Assembly (NCBI GenBank): GCA_012843025.1
Contig: DURT01000050.1
Location: forward strand, 2,128 to 66,127
Length of the DNA: 64,000 nt
Direction of reading: 5' to 3'
DNA from: Tissierellia bacterium
GTDB lineage: Bacteria; Bacillota; Clostridia; Tissierellales; Sedimentibacteraceae
Shown here: positions 31,221 to 40,061 of the stretch, in pieces
Position numbering within the stretch: the stretch's first letter is position 1
Layout of the letters: each line of letters starts with the position of its first letter
The notes under the pieces: generated by a model
Told to the model about the DNA's origin: nothing
Databases searched by the model: none
What the model saw: only the letters and a program-made list of their open reading frames with translations
Position numbers and translations under genes: made by a program

Positions 31221-32777
31221 TTATTCTAAAGCATTCTTTGCGGCATTTTTGCCTGCTACTCTTCCAAACAAAGTTGCTTGACCAAGTCCTGAGCCTGCGC
31301 AAGTATTTTCACCACTTAATTGAACATTACCTACAGCCTCACCAGCAACATACAAACCTGAAATTGGTTCATTATTAACATCTAAAACTTCGGCATCTAC
31401 ATTATGTTTAATCCCACCATATGTCATTATTGCGTAGGGGATTGTTTTTACAGCATACAACTTACCTTCCAATTTTTTTAGTTCTTTCGTACGTCCAAAA
31501 TCAGCGTCCTCTCCATTATCTACATAAGTATTGTATGTATCGATTGTTTTACGTAGTTGTTCTGGGTTAATACCAGCATTTTCAGCTAATTCTTCAGGTG
31601 TATTACCTTCAAAGACCAAATTTCCCTTTTCTAACTCTTCAAAAAACAATTTATTATTTTCATCTTTTGGTCCGTATGCAACATTTAAAATAGGATTATC
31701 ATCAGTAAGCATTTCTTCACTTATTATAAAGTATACTATATTTTCATCTGCATTTAAATATGTATCATTTATTGATTTCAAATCGTCAGTGAATTCATCA
31801 ATCATACGCTGACCATTAATATCTACCCATATTACACCAGGGTAATTTTTGTCTGCTAAGTGAGTAAGCCTTGTTGGATCATGAGGAAAAGCAGAATTAT
31901 AACTCCAGCAATAGTCCATACCAACAATCTTGGCATTTGCTTCTTTAGCTAATCTTAAACCATCTCAAGTAGTAGTATCTGGTCCATAAACTATATAATT
32001 ATCATATAACTTTGACATTTCTTCTTTATCAGCTGCATATCCTCCAGTAGCAATTATAGTGGATTTACCATTATACATAACACCATTTGCATCTTTTACG
32101 CCAGTTACTACACCATTATCATCTATTATTAAATTTGTTACCCTTGTATCTGTTAATAGAGTGATTTTACCCTCATCTATATATTGCTGAAAAGGAATAA
32201 GTAATGTTTCAACTAAAGAAAATCCACCACCGTCAACAGTATAGACACGCTTAACATTCAGTGGTTCGTACACTCCATAATGTGGTTCTGGAACAAATTC
32301 AACCCCTCTAGATATAAGCCATTCTATATTTTCACCTGAATGGTCAGCATAGAAACGTGCAATTTCTAAATCCAAGTTCTCAGAGCCACGAGCTAGCTTT
32401 TGAAGATCTTCATAGAATGTATCATAGCTATCTTCTATTCCGGCAGCTTCTTGAAGGCTTGTTACTGCTCCACTTATATATCCTGCTGCATATCTGGCAT
32501 TTCCACCTATTACATCAGATAGTTCAAGAATAATTACTTCAGCTCCATTTTCAACAGCTTCAATTGCTGCTGTTATACCAGCTAAGCCCGCACCAACTAT
32601 AACAACATCTGCTTTATTTTCAAGCACCTCTTTATTTTCAAGTACCTCATCGTTGATTTCTTCATTTATCTCTGTATTATTTTGAATGGTTTCTTCTGGT
32701 GTTTCTTGGGTTGTACACCCAACGATCATTGTAAGTAACATGAAAATACATAAAAAACTACTAATTAATCTTTTCAT
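31221..32777 (-). pseudogene. Exported lipoprotein FAD-dependent reductase (fumarate/urocanate-reductase-like flavoprotein) interrupted by one in-frame TGA
   Basis: Track ORFs 31965-32849 and 31221-31919 are in the same frame, separated only by the TGA at 31965-31967 and 15 sense codons (DGLRLAKEANAKIVG). The real start is the ATG at 32777, after GGAGG. Lipoprotein signal MKRLISSFLCIFMLLTMIVGC, FAD motif VVIVGAGLAGITAA, and C-terminal GLYVAGEA. Confidence 0.7.
32612..32647. repeat. 18-bp tandem duplication (2 copies, 1 mismatch) in the reductase linker
   Basis: CTTTATTTTCAAGCACCT / CTTTATTTTCAAGTACCT, encoding EVLENK-EVLENK on the minus strand. Confidence 0.85.
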
Positions 32778-32820
32778 AATTATGCCTCCAAAGTTAATTT
32801 TATTATAGGTATAGATATTG

Positions 32821-32849
32821 ATTATAATTATAAGTTTGTTAATTGTCAA
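32821..32849 (-). promoter_or_regulatory. Sigma-A promoter for the reductase gene
   Basis: The minus strand reads TTGACA, 17 nt, TATAAT (both hexamers perfect). Confidence 0.6.
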
Positions 32850-32963
32850 TCAATTTATTTTAGATGTTCCTCTTGCCTTATAGAAAAATAATGATTACTT
32901 AATTATGATTGCTTTTTAAATAGTTAAATAATATTTTTATATTTACCAAGTTTTACACCTACC

Positions 32964-32992
32964 TTGAATCCTTCATTCCAATGAAGTATAAT
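32964..32992 (+). promoter_or_regulatory. Sigma-A promoter for the kinase/regulator genes
   Basis: TTGAAT, 17 nt, TATAAT. Confidence 0.5.
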
Positions 32993-33044
32993 AAAGATAT
33001 TACTTACCTTTATATTTGAAGTAGGGTATTACATAGGGAGAAGT

Positions 33045-35033
33045 ATGAAAAAAATAATAAATAAGTCAATTGCAGTAGTGTTAATTTTGGTTATATTGTT
33101 AGCCTGTTTACCCATGGTATCAGAAGGTGCAAGAACAAATATAAAAGTTGCAGTTAATTGTAACTTGCCTCCCTTTCAATTTTTGGACAAGGATGGAAAC
33201 ATCATAGGCTTACATATAGATATAATGAATGAAATTGCCAGTAAGGAAAATTTAATTATAGAATACTTAGCTTTCAATGAAACAAGTAAAGCTTTGGAAG
33301 CCCTTGAGAATGGTTTAGTTGACGTTGTTTTAGGCATAACATCCAAAAATGACGTAATAAAAGGCTTGAGAAAAACTAACGATATTTCTTCTGCCACACT
33401 TTGTATGCTGGTTGGTAATGAGAATGTCAATAAAATATTATATGAAGAAGAACAGCAAAAGTATTCGGTAGCTTTTGAACTTGGTACCATCAGCTTTTCA
33501 CAGCTTTCTCAGTTGAAGAATGCGAGAAATAATTTGGTTATGGGAAATCAAAAACAGCTTTATGAAGCTCTCGTAAAAAAACAAGTGGAAGCTGTTATAG
33601 GTGTAAAAGAAAGTATGTTGTACATGCTTGAAAATAATCCCGATTACAACTCTTATACCATAGTCCTTAACTACTTTTCCACAATAAACTACACAGCTTT
33701 GACACGTAACAATGATTTGGTGCTCCACAATTCACTTAATAGAGGAATCAGCAAATTACGAGCTAGCGATACATACGAACAACTGCTAGATAAATGGATT
33801 ATTAATACTGAACAGGAAGCAGCAGAAGAAATGAGAGCGAAGATGCTATCTTATATAGCTGCCTTCTTTATAATTGCCCTTATTGTTATCAGTATTATCA
33901 GTTACACGAATTATCAATTAAAGAAAGTTGTTGCAGAAAAAACAAAAGAAATAAGCAAAAGAGTTCAACAATTAGAAACGGAGAGCAACCTGCGGGAAAG
34001 ATTAATTGAGTTTTCACCGGCTGGCATAATGTTGTTGAAAAAAGACGGTTCTGTGCTGATGATGAACTCTATTATGCGTAGTTTAACAGGGATAGACAGT
34101 ATAAAAAATAAAAAAGAACTAAATATTTATGATTTAAAAATAGTAGGCAATATTTATAAACAAGTTAGTTGTAATAACAATACTATTGAAAGACCTGTAA
34201 TTATTAAGTACAACAATGATTCTGAAAATTTAATTTTTCGTTGTTATTGTCAGAGTATTAATGATGAAAACGACATGGTTTTAATGGTTGAAGATATTAC
34301 TTTGGAAGAAAAAGAAAAACATGAAATTTTTGAGCTTAGAAAAAACAAGGCACTTAATCGTATAATTGCAGGTATGGCTCATGAAATAAAAAATCCTCTC
34401 ATGTCTATAAATACATTTGCGTCTCTCATTCGAAAACAAGGTAAAGACAAAGAATTTCAGGAAATGTTCGCCCAGCATGTTCCCAAGGAAGTAGATCGGA
34501 TAAACAGGTTGATTAATATGTTGATAAATTACAGCCGACCAGTACGAAGTAATAAAGAACGGGTATCTGTAAGGGAGCTTATAAATGATTCCATTTATTT
34601 TGCACAACTATCTGCTAGAAAAATTAAACACATAAATATTAAAAGCAACGAGAACATAGAGGCATATATTTTTGTGAACAGGGACCAAATTAAACAAGCT
34701 TTCATAAATTTAATTTTGAACAGCATCCAATCCATAGAGGAAAAAATTCAAAATATGGGAGGAAGTATAGTTGATGATTTAGTTATTAGTGTCTCCAGCT
34801 ACCGTAGTGATAACAAAGTATATTTAGAAGTTTATGACGAGGGTTGCGGTATAGATGAAAGTGATATTGAAAAATGTTTAGATCCTTTTTTTACTACTAA
34901 AGCAACAGGTTTGGGCATGGGATTATCACTGACTAAGCAATTTGTGGAGGATAATTTCGGAAAAATTGAAATTGAAAGCCGTAAAAACCAATATACCATC
35001 ATAAGAATGATATTTGAGGAGGATAAGGATTGA
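33045..35033 (+). CDS. Sensor histidine kinase with an extracytoplasmic solute-binding (SBP_bac_3-like) domain
   Basis: 662 aa. N-terminal anchor; a ~230-aa domain resembling polar amino-acid/opine binding proteins (PPFQFLDKDGNIIGLHIDIMNEIA); a second TM (LSYIAAFFIIALIVISIISY); a PAS-like region; H-box AGMAHEIKNPL; and ATPase boxes LILNSIQS, DEGCGI and GLGMGLSL. Confidence 0.85.
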   Translation: MKKIINKSIAVVLILVILLACLPMVSEGARTNIKVAVNCNLPPFQFLDKDGNIIGLHIDIMNEIASKENLIIEYLAFNETSKALEALENGLVDVVLGITSKNDVIKGLRKTNDISSATLCMLVGNENVNKILYEEEQQKYSVAFELGTISFSQLSQLKNARNNLVMGNQKQLYEALVKKQVEAVIGVKESMLYMLENNPDYNSYTIVLNYFSTINYTALTRNNDLVLHNSLNRGISKLRASDTYEQLLDKWIINTEQEAAEEMRAKMLSYIAAFFIIALIVISIISYTNYQLKKVVAEKTKEISKRVQQLETESNLRERLIEFSPAGIMLLKKDGSVLMMNSIMRSLTGIDSIKNKKELNIYDLKIVGNIYKQVSCNNNTIERPVIIKYNNDSENLIFRCYCQSINDENDMVLMVEDITLEEKEKHEIFELRKNKALNRIIAGMAHEIKNPLMSINTFASLIRKQGKDKEFQEMFAQHVPKEVDRINRLINMLINYSRPVRSNKERVSVRELINDSIYFAQLSARKIKHINIKSNENIEAYIFVNRDQIKQAFINLILNSIQSIEEKIQNMGGSIVDDLVISVSSYRSDNKVYLEVYDEGCGIDESDIEKCLDPFFTTKATGLGMGLSLTKQFVEDNFGKIEIESRKNQYTIIRMIFEEDKD

Positions 35034-36406
35034 AACCATATATATTAATAATAGACGATGAACCCAGTATATGTGCTTCATTGAATCTAGCATTAAAAGA
35101 TGATTACAATGTTGTTGCTTTCAACAGTTCCCAGCCTGCATTGGAATTATTGGAAAAACAAACTTTTTCCGTTGTCCTTTTAGATTTAAAAATAGGGGCA
35201 GAAAATGGATTAAATGTACTTAACAAAATTAAAGAAATAGACCCCAGCGTGGTTGTAATAATGATGACTGCTTATGGCAGCATTGGTACTTCTGTGGAAG
35301 CTATGAAAAACGGTGCCTTCAACTATCTGACAAAACCCTTGGATATTGATGAGTTAATGGTTCATGTTAAACAAGCAGTAGAGTTTTATAAATTAAATGA
35401 ACAAGTTAGTTTTCTGTCAGAGGAACTTCGAAATAAGGGATATCATGAAGAGATTATTGGTAATAGCGAACCTATGCAGCATATTTACATGCTTATTGAT
35501 AAGCTAAAAGACATAGATACTAATGTTCTAATAACAGGGGAGAGTGGTACTGGCAAAGAATTAGTGGCAAAGGCTATTCACGAATCAGGAAATCGCAGGA
35601 ATGAAAGATACATAGTAGTAAATTGTGCTGCAATACCAGAAAACCTCTTAGAATTAGAATTATTCGGATGTAAAAAAGGAGCCTTTACAGGTGCCATAAA
35701 CGATAGTAAAGGTAAATTTGAATTAGCGGATAAAGGAACAATATTCTTGGATGAAATAGGGGACATGCCTCTGTCCTTGCAGAGTAAGTTGCTTCGAGTT
35801 TTACAAAATAAAGAATTTACCCCCATAGGTGGTTCTAATGTAATCCGTACAGACGTTCGAATTATTGCTGCTACTAACAGGGATCTTCCACAATTAATTG
35901 AAGAGGGTCATTTCAGGGAAGACTTATATTATAGGATTAAAGTTATGGAAATTAAGATGCCACCTCTTCGGGAACGTGTAAGCGACATACCGGATTTATG
36001 TAATTATTTTATTAATATGCTATCTAAAAACTTAAAAAAACCACTTAAAGGTATTACAGAAGAAGCTAAGGAAGTGTTGATAAATTACAATTATCCGGGT
36101 AATGTGCGCCAATTGGCCAATATTTTAGAGTATGCAGCAATAATAAATTCAACAGGAGTAATTGGTGTTGAGGATCTTCTTGATGAAATTGTGTTTCCAC
36201 GGAATGCCAAGAATAAGGAAACAACCTTTGAAAGGGTAATTGATGAGTATCTTTCAACCAACAGTATTAAAGAAATAGAAAAACGCGCCGTAAAAGCTAC
36301 TTTAATTAAGAACGAGGGACGAAGGGATTTGACGGCTAAGGATTTAGGCATAAGTAAACGTGGACTGCTCAATAAAATTAATCAATATGGTTTAAAAAAT
36401 CTGTAG
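35030..36406 (+). CDS. NtrC-family sigma-54-dependent response regulator (REC-AAA+-HTH)
   Basis: 458 aa. TTG start overlapping the kinase stop (TTGA). REC with VVLLDLKIG; Walker A GESGTGKE; sigma-54 contact loop GAFTGA; C-terminal Fis-type HTH TAKDLGISKRGLLNKI. Confidence 0.92.
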   Translation: MKPYILIIDDEPSICASLNLALKDDYNVVAFNSSQPALELLEKQTFSVVLLDLKIGAENGLNVLNKIKEIDPSVVVIMMTAYGSIGTSVEAMKNGAFNYLTKPLDIDELMVHVKQAVEFYKLNEQVSFLSEELRNKGYHEEIIGNSEPMQHIYMLIDKLKDIDTNVLITGESGTGKELVAKAIHESGNRRNERYIVVNCAAIPENLLELELFGCKKGAFTGAINDSKGKFELADKGTIFLDEIGDMPLSLQSKLLRVLQNKEFTPIGGSNVIRTDVRIIAATNRDLPQLIEEGHFREDLYYRIKVMEIKMPPLRERVSDIPDLCNYFINMLSKNLKKPLKGITEEAKEVLINYNYPGNVRQLANILEYAAIINSTGVIGVEDLLDEIVFPRNAKNKETTFERVIDEYLSTNSIKEIEKRAVKATLIKNEGRRDLTAKDLGISKRGLLNKINQYGLKNL

Positions 36407-36422
36407 AGGCAATATTTTCACC

Positions 36423-36447
36423 TTGGGACGCAAAATTTGCGCTCCAA
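36423..36447. promoter_or_regulatory. Near-perfect palindrome, candidate activator (UAS) site
   Basis: TTGGGACGCAAA-A-TTTGCGCTCCAA. The inner 6-bp arms CGCAAA/TTTGCG are perfect. It is centred about 60 bp upstream of the -24 element. Confidence 0.4.
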
Positions 36448-36493
36448 GATTATTTTGGGTATAGATTTTACTGGATTTTAGCTACTTATAGCT

Positions 36494-36509
36494 TGGCACA
36501 ATTATTGCA
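36494..36509 (+). promoter_or_regulatory. Sigma-54 (-24/-12) promoter
   Basis: TGGCAC-AATTA-TTGCA is an exact match to the TGGCAC-N5-TTGCW consensus. It lies 50 nt upstream of the SBP start, directly after an EBP gene. No other match to this pattern was seen on either strand of the window. Confidence 0.85.
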
Positions 36510-36558
36510 TTTACTATATTGGATACAGGGTTATGCCCTAAAAAATAAGGAGGAGTAT

Positions 36559-38130
36559 ATGAAAAAGGTTACTAAATTTTTGATTTGTTTATTGTTGATT
36601 TCATTACTTATTACCAGATGTTCCGGTGGGGACAAAGACGTTCCATCAGATCCTAAAACGGAAACACCTTCTGGTACTTCCGGAGAACCTAAGTACAAAA
36701 AAGAAATCATAATAGCCATTGCAGATGAGTTTACAACTATTGACCCTATGGAAACTACTGCAGAATCAAATCAAATAGTACAAGATTGTACTCATGATTT
36801 ATTGACAGATACAAATTTATTAACAATGCAAAACGAGGGAGAACTAGTTGACTCCTGGGAAATGATAGAACCGGATCACTGGAGATTTAAACTTAAAGAG
36901 AATGTAAGATTTCATGACGGTACTATTTTAGACGTTGATGACGTAATCTTTACTTTTGAAAGAGGTAAAGATAAATCAACAACATCTGCCTATATTTCTA
37001 AAATTAAAGATTTTATAAAAGTAGATGACCTTACATTTGAAGTTAAACTACATAATGGAGATGTAGACTTCAACTATGTGCTTGCTGCTAACTCTTTGGC
37101 AATTTTATCAAAGGAAGCATTTGAAACTATGCCAGAGGAAGAGGCTGTAAAAATTGGTACAGGTCCCTGGAAATTTGAAGAATTTGTTCCTGGTGATTAT
37201 GTTTCTTTAGTAAGATTTGAAGAATGTACACTTTATGATGTTCCAAATACTGAACGTTTAGTGTTCCGAATGATTCCAGAGGCATCTTCAAGAATGATAG
37301 CATTAGAAAATGGTGAAGTGGATGCTATTATGTCACCAAGTCCAACAGACTATAATCGTCTGTCAGAAAGCAGCAACCTTAAACTTATAACTGAAACAGG
37401 ACGTGGACAACACTTTATAGGTTTCAACTGTTCAAATACTAATTCAATAGTATCTAACCCTGAGTTTAGAAAGGCTATAGCCCATGCAATCAACAAAGAA
37501 GAAATGGTTATAGCTGCATGGGATGGATATGCACAGGTTTCTACAAGCATTATGTGCCGTGATATGGAGTACTATGCAGATATAGAAGGTATTCCATATG
37601 ATCCTGATAAGGCAAAAGAAATGTTGAAAGAGCTCAATGCAGAAGGTATAACTCTTAATTTAATTACTTCTGATGCCAGCCACCGTGTTAAAATGGCTGA
37701 GAACTTCCAAGCTCAAATGGCTAGGTACGGCATAACAGTAAATGTTGAATTTATGCAGCAGGCAGCATTAATTGAGCGATTACAAAATGATAAAAATACT
37801 GAAGTCTTCGTATTGTCCTGGACTCCTGGTATGAATGCGGACTACATGTATAGAAATCCGATTCACTCACAAGGAGGACGAAGCTTTTATGCAAACTTAA
37901 ACAATTCTGAAATAGATGCTCTTATAGATGCAGCAGCAGCAGAAGTTGATACAACAAAGAGAGCACAAATGTACGAAGAATTACAAGTACGCTTAACTAC
38001 AGAACTTGTTCCATGGGTTCCTATTGCCCAAGCTACTTTGACAATGGGTGCAGATAAAGATGTAACCGGTTTATTATTACATCCCGGTCTTGTTCATCAA
38101 TTTAAAACTGCAGAGAAAATTATTAATTAA
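36559..38130 (+). CDS. ABC transporter substrate-binding lipoprotein, family 5 (Opp/Dpp/Nik type)
   Basis: The start was moved from 36493 (which overlaps the promoter) to the ATG at 36559, after AAGGAGG. Signal/lipobox-like LLISLLITRCSG. The size (523 aa) and sequence style are those of peptide/opine/nickel SBPs. Confidence 0.85.
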   Translation: MKKVTKFLICLLLISLLITRCSGGDKDVPSDPKTETPSGTSGEPKYKKEIIIAIADEFTTIDPMETTAESNQIVQDCTHDLLTDTNLLTMQNEGELVDSWEMIEPDHWRFKLKENVRFHDGTILDVDDVIFTFERGKDKSTTSAYISKIKDFIKVDDLTFEVKLHNGDVDFNYVLAANSLAILSKEAFETMPEEEAVKIGTGPWKFEEFVPGDYVSLVRFEECTLYDVPNTERLVFRMIPEASSRMIALENGEVDAIMSPSPTDYNRLSESSNLKLITETGRGQHFIGFNCSNTNSIVSNPEFRKAIAHAINKEEMVIAAWDGYAQVSTSIMCRDMEYYADIEGIPYDPDKAKEMLKELNAEGITLNLITSDASHRVKMAENFQAQMARYGITVNVEFMQQAALIERLQNDKNTEVFVLSWTPGMNADYMYRNPIHSQGGRSFYANLNNSEIDALIDAAAAEVDTTKRAQMYEELQVRLTTELVPWVPIAQATLTMGADKDVTGLLLHPGLVHQFKTAEKIIN

Positions 38131-38216
38131 TAGCTTAGCTAAGTTCATGCATTCCTATGATTCTCCCCCTAAATCATGGGAATGCATTCTAAATTCATTT
38201 AATAGGAGGAGACATT

Positions 38217-39146
38217 ATGATTCGCTATATTATTAAGCGGTTTTTGATGATGATACCGGTTCTTTTGGCTGTTTCCTTTGTGGTATATTTTCTCATGGAC
38301 TTGGCTCCAGGAGATATAGTTGGGATGATGGCTCCGCCGGATGCCACAGAAGTTGAAATAGAGATGATGCGTAAGGAAATGGGTTTGGACGGAACATTGC
38401 CGGAGCGGTATTTTCGATATATGAAGAATTTACTGAAAGGTGATTTGGGTATGTCCTTGTCCATGAAACGCCCCGTTATAGATATTTTCTTTGAACGTTT
38501 CCCTGCTACCCTAAAGTTAGCCTTTGGTAGCATTATTGTTGCCATGATTATTTCCATTCCTTTAGGTATAGCAGCAGCTACCCATCACAGATCCTGGCTG
38601 GATGGAGCAAGTATGGTTACTGCAATGTTAGGACTTTCAATGCCCAGCTTTTGGCTTGGTCTATTATTAATTATTTTATTTTCACTTAAGTTAGGATGGT
38701 TGCCTTCAGGAGGAAGTGATGGATTCCTTTCAATCATACTTCCAGCAATAACCTTAGGTGCAGCTCAGGCAGGAAATTTAACCAGAATAACCCGTTCTTC
38801 CATGTTGGAAGTTATTCGCCAGGACTATCTGCGAACTGCCAGGGCAAAGGGTGTAAGTGAGAAAAAGGTAATTTACAAACATGCTCTTAAAAATGCTTTA
38901 ATACCGATAATAACTATTTTTGGTTCAACATTAGGGAACGCTCTTGGTGGAGCTGTTGCAATTGAAACTGTGTTTTCCTGGCCTGGTGTAGGAAGATTAA
39001 CTGTGTCCGCCATTAACAGCAGGGATATGACATTAGCAACTGGATGCATTATTATGTTTACAATATTTTTTACTCTTACAATGCTTCTTGTTGATATTGC
39101 ATATGCTTATGTAGATCCCCGTATTAAAGCCCAATATTCAAAGTGA
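38217..39146 (+). CDS. ABC transporter permease (OppB/DppB-like)
   Basis: 309 aa, 6 TM, EAA region DYLRTARAKGVSEKKVIYKHALKNA. Confidence 0.9.
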   Translation: MIRYIIKRFLMMIPVLLAVSFVVYFLMDLAPGDIVGMMAPPDATEVEIEMMRKEMGLDGTLPERYFRYMKNLLKGDLGMSLSMKRPVIDIFFERFPATLKLAFGSIIVAMIISIPLGIAAATHHRSWLDGASMVTAMLGLSMPSFWLGLLLIILFSLKLGWLPSGGSDGFLSIILPAITLGAAQAGNLTRITRSSMLEVIRQDYLRTARAKGVSEKKVIYKHALKNALIPIITIFGSTLGNALGGAVAIETVFSWPGVGRLTVSAINSRDMTLATGCIIMFTIFFTLTMLLVDIAYAYVDPRIKAQYSK

Positions 39147-39155
39147 GGTGTTAAT

Positions 39156-40049
39156 ATGGTTAAAGAAAAATATACTGTAGGAGAATTAAAGGCTTTTAAA
39201 AAACGTAGTATTGCCAGCGAAGTGTGGAGGAATTATAAAAAAAGTCCCAGCGCTATGGCAGGTCTCATAGTAGTATGTCTTTTAATACTGGTGACAATAG
39301 CTGCCCAGGTTATATATGATTATGATACTGATATAGTTCAGCAGGACATTATGAATCGTTTTAAGGAACCTTCCTTGGAACATCCCTTTGGAACGGACCA
39401 CTATGGACGTGATGTAATGGTAAGGGTACTTTATGGAGCAAAGTATTCACTGTCTGTAGGTATTGTTTCCGTTGCCATATCATGTTTCCTTGGAAGTAGT
39501 TTAGGTTTAATTGCAGGTTACTACGGAGGCCTGGTAGAGAATATAATTTTGCGTACCTGTGAGATTTTTATGGGTATTCCGTCTATTTTACTTGGTATCG
39601 CAATTATGTCCGCTTTTGGACAAAGCTTGCTGGTTTTAATGTTCGCCATTGGACTTGTATATGTTCCAATGTTTGCTCGTACGGCAAGAGCAGCAGTATT
39701 GCCTGTAAGGGATCAGGAATACATTGAAGCTGCCAAAGTATCGGGAGTTAGCGATTTACGTATTATATTTACCCATGTTTTACCTAATGCCATGTCCCCT
39801 ATAATAGTGCAGGTTACTATGGGAGTGGCAAATGGAATTCTAACAGCATCAAGCTTGAGCTTCTTAGGCCTTGGAGTACCAGTACCAGCTCCTGAATGGG
39901 GAGCAATGCTATCCAGCGGTAGGGAATATATACGTGATTATAGTTATTTAACTTTCTTCCCGGGACTTGCAATTATGATTACGGTTCTTGCATTCAATCT
40001 CATGGGAGATGGTTTGAGAGATGCGTTAGATCCTAAATTGAAACAATAG
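39156..40049 (+). CDS. ABC transporter permease (OppC/DppC-like)
   Basis: 297 aa, EAA region EYIEAAKVSGVSDLRIIFTHVLPNA. Confidence 0.9.
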   Translation: MVKEKYTVGELKAFKKRSIASEVWRNYKKSPSAMAGLIVVCLLILVTIAAQVIYDYDTDIVQQDIMNRFKEPSLEHPFGTDHYGRDVMVRVLYGAKYSLSVGIVSVAISCFLGSSLGLIAGYYGGLVENIILRTCEIFMGIPSILLGIAIMSAFGQSLLVLMFAIGLVYVPMFARTARAAVLPVRDQEYIEAAKVSGVSDLRIIFTHVLPNAMSPIIVQVTMGVANGILTASSLSFLGLGVPVPAPEWGAMLSSGREYIRDYSYLTFFPGLAIMITVLAFNLMGDGLRDALDPKLKQ

Positions 40050-40061
40050 GTGGTGCTGAAT

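Noticed and set aside
31965-31967. The in-frame TGA read as selenocysteine.
   Set aside because: I could not fold a convincing bacterial SECIS hairpin in the ~60 nt downstream; only 4-bp stems such as CCAA..UUGG are available. The aligned residue in this flavoprotein family is expected to be Gly, not Cys/Sec. It is kept as a formal alternative in the finding.
31965-31967. The in-frame TGA as evidence for a reassigned genetic code (UGA=Gly, as in Gracilibacteria/SR1).
   Set aside because: Several well-defined genes in the same window terminate with TGA at the expected length: jag at 10668-10670, the kinase at 35031-33, the first permease at 39144-46, and the hypothetical protein at 25738-40. 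The standard code is therefore in use.
32778-32849. N-terminal extension of the reductase ORF (MTINKLIIIINIYTYNKINFGGII).
   Set aside because: It overlaps the perfect TTGACA-17-TATAAT promoter. The ATG at 32777 is preceded by GGAGG and starts a canonical lipoprotein signal.
36423-36447. The 25-bp palindrome read as a rho-independent terminator of the regulator gene.
   Set aside because: The perfect inner arms leave only a 1-nt loop, the outer arms have mismatches, and no clean T tract follows (CTCCAAGATTATTTTGGG). A protein-binding site seems more likely, but this remains unproven.
36493-36558. N-terminal extension of the SBP ORF (MAQLLHLLYWIQGYALKNKEEY).
   Set aside because: It starts with TTG inside the sigma-54 promoter itself. 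The ATG at 36559 has an AAGGAGG RBS and begins a normal signal peptide.
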